In this document: positions 1 through 11,704 of the stretch, piece by piece
How the letters are laid out: each line of letters opens with the position of its first letter
How positions within the stretch are numbered: the stretch's first letter is position 1
The notes under the pieces: generated by a model
Databases searched by the model: none
What the model saw: the letters and a program-made list of their open reading frames with translations, nothing else
What the model was told of the DNA's origin: nothing
Made by a program: the position numbers and the translations under genes
Origin: Rebecca billardiae RCC1528
Taxonomy: Eukaryota > Protista > Haptophyta
Assembly: GCA_965240325.2 (NCBI GenBank)
Contig: OZ251223.1
Location: 3,534,001 to 3,598,000 of the forward strand
Direction of reading: 5' to 3'
Length of the DNA: 64,000 nt

Positions 1-510
1 GCTGAGCGGCGGCCGGCAGCGTGCGCGGCAGCAGCTGACGCAGCTGCGCCAGCGCAGAGCGCTCGCCCTCCGACTGCTGCTCGGCCCACGAGAGCACGCC
101 CAGCGAGTACCGGTACTCGCCGTTCGTGTCGCGCACGGGCGTGAGCGACAGATCGTTCGTGAAGCGCGAGCCGTCCTTGCGGTAGTTCGTCACCTGCACG
201 TGCAGCTCCTTCATCTTGCGCAGCGCGCGCACCATCTTGGACACAATCTTGGGCTCGGTCGACGCGCCCTGCAAGAAGCGGCAGTTCCGGCCCTCCACCT
301 CGTACTTCGGGTAGCCCGTCACGCGAGCGAAGCCGCCGTTGCAGTACATCACCGTCACGCCCGGCACCGTCATGTCCGTGATCGCCACCGCGATCGGCAG
401 CGGCTCCACAGCAGCCTTGAGCGCGCCCAGCCACGTGCCGTCGCCCACGGACGGCACCTGCCCGGACGACAGCGCCTGCAGCAGCTGCACGCTCGAGTCG
501 GGCAGGCTGA

Positions 511-541
<31 letters not shown>

Positions 542-2409
542 CATGCCCATGCCCATCGGCTGCGACATCGGCTGCGCCATCGGCTGCGACATCGGCTGCG
601 CCATCGGCTGCGCCATCGGCTGCGCCATCGGCTGCGGCTGCGCGTACGACGGCTGAGGCGCGCCGTACCCGCCGCCCATGCCGTTCATCCCGCCGCCGCC
701 CATCCCGCCGCCGCCCATCATCGGCGGAGGCGCCATCGGCGTCGAGCCGAATGGCACCGGCGGCTCCGGCGGGGCAGCAGCGCCAGAGATCTCGGCCAGC
801 ATCTCCTCGTGGTGGTCGGCGAACCGCTCCTCGCCCTGCATGTCCGCCGCAGACGCCGGCATGACCGCGGTCGTCTGCAGCGCGCGCTCGAGCAGCTGGT
901 CCTCAGGGCCAGTCTCCGCAGCCGTCACCTCCTTGCGGTGCCGCGGGCCGACGTTCTGCCGCGTCGCCACCTCCACCTCCGCCGGAAGCAGCTGCAGCAG
1001 CAGAGACAACTTGTGCAGGCGCTGCTTCAGGTCAAGGCCGCCGTCCACCTCGAACTGCACGCCAAAGCACAGGCGGTACACGCCGTTCGAGTCGTGCACC
1101 GGTCGCATCGACAGCAGGTTCTGGAACGTCTGCCCGTTCTTGCGGTAGTTGGTGATCTTGACGAAGCAGTCCGCGCCGCGCCGCAGCGTGTCCTGGATGA
1201 TCGCCACAGACGCCGGCTCCGTGCGAGGGCCCTGCAAGAAGCGGCAGTTACGACCCTGCGCCTCGCGCTTCGAGTAGCCCGTCACGCGCCCAAACTCCTT
1301 GTTCGTGAACAACATCGGGTTGCCCGAGATCGCCATGTCCGACAGCACGATGCACGCGGGGAAGTCCTCGGCGAACGACGCGAACGAGTAGATGAAGCCC
1401 GCAAGGTCGTCCGGAACCTCGTACTTGTCCCAGATCAGCCCGCGGCTCGAGTCGATGCGGTCGATCGGCGGAACCATCGACTCGACGAGCGAGTCGCAAC
1501 CGCCAGACTTGATCCACTTCGGGAACAGCTCGCCCGTCAGCTTCGACGTCACCTCCGCCGCCTTCTTCTCGAACGAGGCGAAGTCGAGCGACCGAGCCGT
1601 GCCCGAGGACATGCCCAGGTGCTTCTCGCAGATCTGACGCATGCGCACGTCGCGCGCACGCCCGTCCATCTTCGACAGCTTCTTCGCCTCGCTGAAGAAG
1701 TCGACGAGCGAGCCCTCGTTCGTGCGCTGCAAGAACTGGCGGAACGACGCCTGCGCCTGCTCGTTCGTCATCAGCTTCTCGAGCGACTGCTCGGCGTCGA
1801 GCGTCCACTGCAGCTTGGTGAACATCACCTGCGCCTTGCGGTGCTGCTGCGCCTTCGACTGCGAGTCCACGCGCACCTCCTTCGACGCGAACGCAGCAGG
1901 CTGAGCGGCGGCCGGCATCGTGCGCGGCAGCAGCTGACGCAGCTGCGCCAGCGCAGAGCGCTCGCCCTCCGACTGCTGCTCGGCCCACGAGAGCACGCCC
2001 AGCGAGTACCGGTACTCGCCGTTCGTGTCGCGCACGGGCGTGAGCGACAGGTCGTTCGTGAAGCGCGAGCCGTCCTTGCGGTAGTTCGTCACCTGCACGT
2101 GCAGCTCCTTCATCTTGCGCAGCGCGCGCACCATCTTGGACACAATCTTGGGCTCGGTCGACGCGCCCTGCAAGAAGCGGCAGTTCCGGCCCTCCACCTC
2201 GTACTTCGGGTAGCCCGTCACGCGAGCGAAGCCGCCGTTGCAGTACATCACCGTCACGCCCGGCACCGTCATGTCCGTGATCGCCACCGCGATCGGCAGC
2301 GGCTCCACAGCAGCCTTGAGCGCGCCCAGCCACGTGCCGTCGCCCGCGGACGGCACCTGCCCGGACGACAGCGCCTGCAGCAGCTGCACGCTCGAGTCGG
2401 GCAGGCTGA

Positions 2410-2440
<31 letters not shown>

Positions 2441-4296
2441 CATGCCCATGCCCATCGGCTGCGCCATCGGCTGCGACATCGGCTGCGACATCGGCTGCGC
2501 CATCGGCTGCGACATCGGCTGCGGCTGCGCGTACGACGGCTGAGGCGCGCCGTACCCGCCGCCCATGCCGTTCATCCCGCCGCCGCCCATCCCGCCGCCG
2601 CCCATCATCGGCGCAGGCGCCATCGGCGTCGAGCCGAATGGCACCGGCGGCTCCGGCGGGGCAGCAGCGCCAGAGATCTCGGCCAGCATCTCCTCGTGGT
2701 GGTCGGCGAACCGCTCCTCGCCCTGCATGTCCGCCGCAGACGCCGGCATGACCGCGGTCGTCTGCAGCGCGCGCTCGAGCAGCTGGTCCTCAGGGCCAGT
2801 CTCCGCAGCCGTCACCTCCTTGCGGTGCCGCGGGCCGACGTTCTGCCGCGTCGCCACCTCCACCTCCGCCGGAAGCAGCTGCAGCAGCAGAGACAACTTG
2901 TGCAGGCGCTGCTTCAGGTCAAGGCCGCCGTCCACCTCGAACTGCACGCCAAAGCACAGGCGGTACACGCCGTTCGAGTCGTGCACCGGTCGCATCGACA
3001 GCAGGTTCTGGAACGTCTGCCCGTTCTTGCGGTAGTTGGTGATCTTGACGAAGCAGTCCGCGCCGCGCCGCAGCGTGTCCTGGATGATCGCCACAGACGC
3101 CGGCTCCGTGCGAGGGCCCTGCAAGAAGCGGCAGTTACGACCCTGCGCCTCGCGCTTCGAGTAGCCCGTCACGCGCCCAAACTCCTTGTTCGTGAACAAC
3201 ATCGGGTTGCCCGAGATCGCCATGTCCGACAGCACGATGCACGCGGGGAAGTCCTCGGCGAACGACGCGAACGAGTAGATGAAGCCCGCAAGGTCGTCCG
3301 GCACCTCGTACTTGTCCCAGATCAGCCCGCGGCTCGAGTCGATGCGGTCGATCGGCGGAACCATCGACTCGACGAGCGAGTCGCAACCGCCAGACTTGAT
3401 CCACTTCGGGAACAGCTCGCCCGTCAGCTTCGACGTCACCTCCGCCGCCTTCTTCTCGAACGAGGCGAAGTCGAGCGACCGAGCCGTGCCCGAGGACATG
3501 CCCAGGTGCTTCTCGCAGATCTGACGCATGCGCACGTCGCGCGCACGCCCGTCCATCGTCGACAGCTTCTTCGCCTCGCTGAAGAAGTCGACGAGCGAGC
3601 CCTCGTTCGTGCGCTGCAAGAACTGGCGGAACGACGCCTGCGCCTGCTCGTTCGTCATCAGCTTCTCGAGCGACTGCTCGGCGTCGAGCGTCCACTGCAG
3701 CTTGGTGAACATCACCTGCGCCTTGCGGTGCTGCTGCGCCTTCGACTGCGAGTCCACGCGCACCTCCTTCGACGCGAACGCAGCAGGCTGAGCGGCGGCC
3801 GGCATCGTGCGCGGCAGCAGCTGACGCAGCTGCGCCAGCGCAGAGCGCTCGCCCTCCGACTGCTGCTCGGCCCACGAGAGCACGCCCAGCGAGTACCGGT
3901 ACTCGCCGTTCGTGTCGCGCACGGGCGTGAGCGACAGGTCGTTCGTGAAGCGCGAGCCGTCCTTGCGGTAGTTCGTCACCTGCACGTGCAGCTCCTTCAT
4001 CTTGCGCAGCGCGCGCACCATCTTGGACACAATCTTGGGCTCGGTCGACGCGCCCTGCAAGAAGCGGCAGTTCCGGCCCTCCACCTCGTACTTCGGGTAG
4101 CCCGTCACGCGAGCGAAGCCGCCGTTGCAGTACATCACCGTCACGCCCGGCACCGTCATGTCCGTGATCGCCACCGCGATCGGCAGCGGCTCCACAGCAG
4201 CCTTGAGCGCGCCCAGCCACGTGCCGTCGCCCGCGGACGGCACCTGCCCGGACGACAGCGCCTGCAGCAGCTGCACGCTCGAGTCGGGCAGGCTGA

Positions 4297-4327
<31 letters not shown>

Positions 4328-6183
4328 CATGCCCATGCCCATCGGCTGCGCCATCGGCTGCGACATCGGCTGCGACATCGGCTGCGCCATCGGCTGCGAC
4401 ATCGGCTGCGGCTGCGCGTACGACGGCTGAGGCGCGCCGTACCCGCCGCCCATGCCGTTCATCCCGCCGCCGCCCATCCCGCCGCCGCCCATCATCGGCG
4501 CAGGCGCCATCGGCGTCGAGCCGAATGGCACCGGCGGCTCCGGCGGGGCAGCAGCGCCAGAGATCTCGGCCAGCATCTCCTCGTGGTGGTCGGCGAACCG
4601 CTCCTCGCCCTGCATGTCCGCCGCAGACGCCGGCATGACCGCGGTCGTCTGCAGCGCGCGCTCGAGCAGCTGGTCCTCAGGGCCAGTCTCCGCAGCCGTC
4701 ACCTCCTTGCGGTGCCGCGGGCCGACGTTCTGCCGCGTCGCCACCTCCACCTCCGCCGGAAGCAGCTGCAGCAGCAGAGACAACTTGTGCAGGCGCTGCT
4801 TCAGGTCAAGGCCGCCGTCCACCTCGAACTGCACGCCAAAGCACAGGCGGTACACGCCGTTCGAGTCGTGCACCGGTCGCATCGACAGCAGGTTCTGGAA
4901 CGTCTGCCCGTTCTTGCGGTAGTTGGTGATCTTGACGAAGCAGTCCGCGCCGCGCCGCAGCGTGTCCTGGATGATCGCCACAGACGCCGGCTCCGTGCGA
5001 GGGCCCTGCAAGAAGCGGCAGTTACGACCCTGCGCCTCGCGCTTCGAGTAGCCCGTCACGCGCCCAAACTCCTTGTTCGTGAACAACATCGGGTTGCCCG
5101 AGATCGCCATGTCCGACAGCACGATGCACGCGGGGAAGTCCTCGGCGAACGACGCGAACGAGTAGATGAAGCCCGCAAGGTCGTCCGGAACCTCGTACTT
5201 GTCCCAGATCAGCCCGCGGCTCGAGTCGATGCGGTCGATCGGCGGAACCATCGACTCGACGAGCGAGTCGCAACCGCCAGACTTGATCCACTTCGGGAAC
5301 AGCTCGCCCGTCAGCTTCGACGTCACCTCCGCCGCCTTCTTCTCGAACGAGGCGAAGTCGAGCGACCGAGCCGTGCCCGAGGACATGCCCAGGTGCTTCT
5401 CGCAGATCTGACGCATGCGCACGTCGCGCGCACGCCCGTCCATCTTCGACAGCTTCTTCGCCTCGCTGAAGAAGTCGACGAGCGAGCCCTCGTTCGTGCG
5501 CTGCAAGAACTGGCGGAACGACGCCTGCGCCTGCTCGTTCGTCATCAGCTTCTCGAGCGACTGCTCGGCGTCAAGCGTCCACTGCAGCTTGGTGAACATC
5601 ACCTGCGCCTTGCGGTGCTGCTGCGCCTTCGACTGCGAGTCCACGCGCACCTCCTTCGACGCGAACGCAGCAGGCTGAGCGGCGGCCGGCATCGTGCGCG
5701 GCAGCAGCTGACGCAGCTGCGCCAGCGCAGAGCGCTCGCCCTCCGACTGCTGCTCGGCCCACGAGAGCACGCCCAGCGAGTACCGGTACTCGCCGTTCGT
5801 GTCGCGCACGGGCGTGAGCGACAGGTCGTTCGTGAAGCGCGAGCCGTCCTTGCGGTAGTTCGTCACCTGCACGTGCAGCTCCTTCATCTTGCGCAGCGCG
5901 CGCACCATCTTGGACACAATCTTGGGCTCGGTCGACGCGCCCTGCAAGAAGCGGCAGTTCCGGCCCTCCACCTCGTACTTCGGGTAGCCCGTCACGCGAG
6001 CGAAGCCGCCGTTGCAGTACATCACCGTCACGCCCGGCACCGTCATGTCCGTGATCGCCACCGCGATCGGCAGCGGCTCCACAGCAGCCTTGAGCGCGCC
6101 CAGCCACGTGCCGTCGCCCACGGACGGCACCTGCCCGGACGACAGCGCCTGCAGCAGCTGCACGCTCGAGTCGGGCAGGCTGA

Positions 6184-6214
<31 letters not shown>

Positions 6215-9200
6215 CATGCCCATGCCCATCGGCTGCGACATCGGCTGCGACATCGGCTGCGGCTGCGCGTACGACGGCTGAGGCGCGCCGTACCCGCCGC
6301 CCATGCCGTTCATCCCGCCGCCGCCCATCCCGCCGCCGCCCATCATCGGCGCAGGCGCCATCGGCGTCGAGCCGAATGGCACCGGCGGCTCCGGCGGGGC
6401 AGCAGCGCCAGAGATCTCGGCCAGCATCTCCTCGTGGTGGTCGGCGAACCGCTCCTCGCCCTGCATGTCCGCCGCAGACGCCGGCATGACCGCGGTCGTC
6501 TGCAGCGCGCGCTCGAGCAGCTGGTCCTCAGGGCCAGTCTCCGCAGCCGTCACCTCCTTGCGGTGCCGCGGGCCGACGTTCTGCCGCGTCGCCACCTCCA
6601 CCTCCGCCGGAAGCAGCTGCAGCAGCAGAGACAACTTGTGCAGGCGCTGCTTCAGGTCAAGGCCGCCGTCCACCTCGAACTGCACGCCAAAGCACAGGCG
6701 GTACACGCCGTTCGAGTCGTGCACCGGTCGCATCGACAGCAGGTTCTGGAACGTCTGCCCGTTCTTGCGGTAGTTGGTGATCTTGACGAAGCAGTCCGCG
6801 CCGCGCCGCAGCGTGTCCTGGATGATCGCCACGGACGCCGGCTCCGTGCGAGGGCCCTGCAAGAAGCGGCAGTTACGACCCTGCGCCTCGCGCTTCGAGT
6901 AGCCCGTCACGCGCCCAAACTCCTTGTTCGTGAACAACATCGGGTTGCCCGAGATCGCCATGTCCGACAGCACGATGCACGCGGGGAAGTCCTCGGCGAA
7001 CGACGCGAACGAGTAGATGAAGCCCGCAAGGTCGTCCGGAACCTCGTACTTGTCCCAGATCAGCCCGCGGCTCGAGTCGATGCGGTCGATCGGCGGAACC
7101 ATCGACTCGACGAGCGAGTCGCAACCGCCAGACTTGATCCACTTCGGGAACAGCTCGCCCGTCAGCTTCGACGTCACCTCCGCCGCCTTCTTCTCGAACG
7201 AGGCGAAGTCGAGCGACCGAGCCGTGCCCGAGGACATGCCCAGGTGCTTCTCGCAGATCTGACGCATGCGCACGTCGCGCGCACGCCCGTCCATCTTCGA
7301 CAGCTTCTTCGCCTCGCTGAAGAAGTCGACGAGCGAGCCCTCGTTCGTGCGCTGCAAGAACTGGCGGAACGACGCCTGCGCCTGCTCGTTCGTCATCAGC
7401 TTCTCGAGCGACTGCTCGGCGTCAAGCGTCCACTGCAGCTTGGTGAACATCACCTGCGCCTTGCGGTGCTGCTGCGCCTTCGACTGCGAGTCCACGCGCA
7501 CCTCCTTCGACGCGAACGCAGCAGGCTGAGCGGCGGCCGGCATCGTGCGCGGCAGCAGCTGACGCAGCTGCGCCAGCGCAGAGCGCTCGCCCTCCGACTG
7601 CTGCTCGGCCCACGAGAGCACGCCCAGCGAGTACCGGTACTCGCCGTTCGTGTCGCGCACAGGCGTGAGCGACAGGTCGTTCGTGAAGCGCGAGCCGTCC
7701 TTGCGGTAGTTCGTCACCTGCACGTGCAGCTCCTTCATCTTGCGCAGCGCGCGCACCATCTTGGACACAATCTTGGGCTCGGTCGACGCGCCCTGCAAGA
7801 AGCGGCAGTTCCGGCCCTCCACCTCGTACTTCGGGTAGCCCGTCACGCGAGCGAAGCCGCCGTTGCAGTACATCACCGTCACGCCCGGCACCGTCATGTC
7901 CGTGATCGCCACCGCGATCGGCAGCGGCTCCACAGCAGCCTTGAGCGCGCCCAGCCACGTGCCGTCGCCCACGGACGGCACCTGCCCTGACGACAGCGCC
8001 TGCAGCAGCTGCACGCTCGAGTCGGGCAGGCTGAACTCGCCGCCGCCACCGCCGCCGCCGCCACCGCCCATGCCCATGCCCGTGTTCATGCCCATGGTGT
8101 CTGTCCAGCCCGTGGCTGGAGCGACACCCGCCCCCATGCCCACGCCTGCCGATGGCTCCGGCATCGGCGCAATCAACGATGGTGTAGACGCGGGTGCTGC
8201 GTGATGCATGTCACTGTTGTCCGGGGGCAGATCTGCGAGCTCAGCGAGCATCTCGTCGCGGTGGTCCGCGAACCGCTCCTCGCCCTGCATGTCCGCCGCA
8301 GACGCCGGCACGACCGCGGTCGTCTGCAGCGCGTGCTCGAGCAGCTGGTCCTCCGGGCCAGTCTCCGCAGCCGTCACCTCCTTGCGGTGCCGCGGGCCGA
8401 CGTTCTGCCGCGTCGCCACCTCCACCTCCGCCGGAAGCAGCTGCAGCAGCAGAGACAACTTGTGCAGGCGCTGCTTCAGGTCAAGGCCGCCGTCCACCTC
8501 GAACTGCACGCCAAAGCACAGGCGGTACACGCCGTTCGAGTCGTGCACCGGACGCATCGACAGCAGGTTCTGGAACGTCTGCCCGTTCTTGCGGTAGTTG
8601 GTGATCTTGACGAAGCAGTCCGCGCCGCGCCGCAGCGTGTCCTGGATGATCGCCACGGACGCCGGCTCCGTGCGAGGGCCCTGCAAGAAGCGGCAGTTAC
8701 GACCCTGCGCCTCGCGCTTCGAGTAGCCCGTCACGCGCCCAAACTCCTTGTTCGTGAACAACATCGGGTTGCCCGAGATCGCCATGTCCGACAGCACGAT
8801 GCACGCGGGGAAGTCCTCGGCGAACGACGCGAACGAGTAGATGAAGCCCGCAAGGTCGTCCGGCACCTCGTACTTGTCCCAGATCAGCCCGCGGCTCGAG
8901 TCGATGCGGTCGATCGGCTTCACCATGGAGTTGACTATCGCGTCACACCCGCCTGACTTGACGTACTTCGGGAACAGCTCGCCGGTCAGCTTCTTCTCGA
9001 TCTCCGACGACTTCTGCATGAAAGCCGAGTAGTCGATCATTGCTGCCGTCTGGGGATTCATGCCCAGGTGCTTCTCGCACATCATACGCACGCGCACATC
9101 ACGTGCGCGCCCGTCCATCGTCGACAGCTTCTTCGCCTCGAGGAAGAAGTCGAGCATCCACACCTCGTTCGTGCGCTGCAAGAACTGGCGGAACGACGCC

Positions 9201-11704
9201 TGCGCCTGCTCGTTCGCCATCAGCTTCTCGAGCGACTGCTCGGCGTCGAGCGTCCACTGCAGCTTCGCGAAGAGCACCTGCGCCTTGCGATGCTGCTCGA
9301 GCTTCGACTGCGAGTCCACGCGCACCTCCTTCGACGCGAACGCAGCAGGCTGAGCGGCGGCCGGCATCGTGCGCGGCAGCAGCTGACGCAGCTGCGCCAG
9401 CGCAGAGCGCTCGCCCTCCGACTGCTGCTCGGCCCACGAGAGCACGCCCAGCGAGTACCGGTACTCGCCGTTCGTGTCGCGCACGGGCGTGAGCGACAGG
9501 TCGTTCGTGAAGCGCGAGCCGTCCTTGCGGTAGTTCGTCACCTGCACGTGCAGCTCCTTCATCTTGCGCAGCGCGCGCACCATCTTGGACACAATCTTGG
9601 GCTCGGTCGACGCGCCCTGCAAGAAGCGGCAGTTCCGGCCCTCCACCTCGTACTTCGGGTAGCCCGTCACGCGAGCGAAGCCGCCGTTGCAGTACATCAC
9701 CGTCACGCCCGGCACCGTCATGTCCGTGATCGCCACCGCGATCGGCAGCGGCTCCACAGCAGCCTTGAGCGCGCCCAGCCACGTGCCGTCGCCCACGGAC
9801 GGCACCTGCCCGGACGACAGCGCCTGCAGCAGCTGCACGCTCGAGTCGGGCAGGCTGAACTCGCCGCCGCCGCCGCCGCCGCCACCACCCATGCCCATGC
9901 CCATCGGCTGCGCCAACGACTGCGCCATCGGCTGCGGCTGCGCGTACGACGGCTGAGGCGCGCCGTACCCGCCGCCCATGCCGTTCATCCCGCCGCCACC
10001 CATCCCGCCGCCGCCCATCATCGGCGCAGGCGCCATCGGCGTCGAGCCGAATGGCACCGGCGGCTCCGGCGGGGCAGCAGCGCCAGAGATCTCGGCCAGC
10101 ATCTCCTCGTGGTGGTCGGCGAACCGCTCCTCGCCCTGCATGTCCGCCGCAGACGCCGGCATGACCGCGGTCGTCTGCAGCGCGCGCTCCACGAGCTGGT
10201 CCTCCGGGCCAGTCTCCGCAGCCGTCACCTCCTTGCGGTGCCGCGGGCCGACATTCTGCTGCGTCGCCACCTCCACCTCTGACGGAAGCAGCTGCAGCAG
10301 CAGAGACAACTTGTGCAGGCGCTGCTTCAGGTCAAGGCCGCCGTCCACCTCGAACTGCACGCCAAAGCACAGGCGGTACACGCCGTTCGAGTCGTGCACC
10401 GGTCGCATCGACAGCAGGTTCTGGAACGTCTGCCCGTTCTTGCGGTAGTTGGTGATCTTGACGAAGCAGTCCGCGCCGCGCCGCAGCGTGTCCTGGATGA
10501 TCGCCACGGACGCCGGCTCCGTGCGAGGGCCCTGCAAGAAGCGGCAGTTACGACCCTGCGCCTCGCGCTTCGAGTAGCCCGTCACGCGCCCAAACTCCTT
10601 GTTCGTGAACAACATCGGGTTGCCCGGGATCGCCATGTCCGACAGCACGATGCACGCGGGGAAGTCCTCGGCGAACGACGCGAACGAGTAGATGAAGCCC
10701 GCAAGGTCGTCCGGCACCTCGTACTTGTCCCAGATCAGCCCGCGGCTCGAGTCGATGCGGTCGATCGGCGGAACCATCGACTCGACGAGCGAGTCGCAAC
10801 CGCCAGACTTGATCCACTTCGGGAACAGCTCGCCCGTCAGCTTCTTCTCGATCTCCGACGACTTCTGCATGAAGCTGGACGCATCGATGCGCGAGGAGTC
10901 CTTCTGGTTCATGCCTAGGTGCTTCTCGCAGAGTTGGCGCATGCGCACCTCGCGTGAGCGCCCGTCCATCGCCCCCAGCTTCTTCGCCTCGAGGTAGAAG
11001 TCGAGCATCGACCCGCTGTTCGTGCGCTGCAAGAACTGGCGGAACGACGCCTGCGCCTGCTCGTTCGCCATCAGCTTCTCGAGCTTGTGCTCCGCCTCCA
11101 GGGTCCACTGCAGCTTGGTGAACATCACCTGCGCCTTGCGGTGCTGCTGCCGCTTCGCCTGCTCGTCGACACGCACCTCGTCGTACGATGGCGGCTGCGC
11201 TTCTGCCGGCATCGTGCGCGGCAGCAGCTGACGCAGCTGCGCCAGCGCAGAGCGCTCGCCCTCCGACTGCTGCTCGGCGCACGAGAGCACGCCCAGCGAG
11301 TACCGGTACTCGCCGTTCGTGTCACGCACGGGCGTGAGCGACAGGTCGTTCGTGAAGCGCGAGCCGTCCCGGCGGTAGTTCGTCACCTGCACGTGCAGCT
11401 CCTTCATCTTGCGCAGCGCGCGCACCATCTTGGACACCTCGATGGGCTCGGTCTGCGGGCCCTGCAGGAAGCGGCAGTTCCGGCCCTCAACCTCGGACTT
11501 CGGGAAGCCCGTCACGCGAGCGAAGCCGCCGTTGCAGTACATCACCGTCACGCCCGGCACCGTCATGTCCGTGATCGCCACCGCGATCGGCAGCGGCTCC
11601 ACAGCAGCCTTGAGCGCGCCCAGCCACGTGCCGTCGCCCACGGACGGCACCTGCCCGGACGACAGCGCCTGCAGCAGCTGCACGCTCGAGTCGGGCAGGC
11701 TGAA
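1..11704 (-). repeat. Coding tandem repeat, unit = LOV-A / RGS-like / LOV-B / Gly-Met-Pro-Gln linker; six full units plus a partial seventh
   Basis: Unit starts (FSLPDS) at 11704, 9859, 8035, 6184, 4297, 2410 and 511. Lengths are 1845, 1824, 1851, 1887, 1887 and 1899 nt, all multiples of 3. LOV Cys codons lie near 11474, 10544, 9629, 8693, 7805, 6869, 5954, 5018, 4067, 3131, 2180, 1244 and 281. Confidence 0.95.

Noticed and set aside
550-640. 12-nt repeats as CRISPR or non-coding satellite
   Set aside because: No spacers; they are in-frame QPMA/QPMS coding repeats in a eukaryotic gene.
200-7990. 2596-aa plus-strand ORF (and plus ORFs 8201-8956, 9068-10282, 11087-15211, 14740-16440)
   Set aside because: Codon-aligned antisense shadows of the real minus-strand channel-LOV gene; Arg/His/Leu-rich with no domain motifs.
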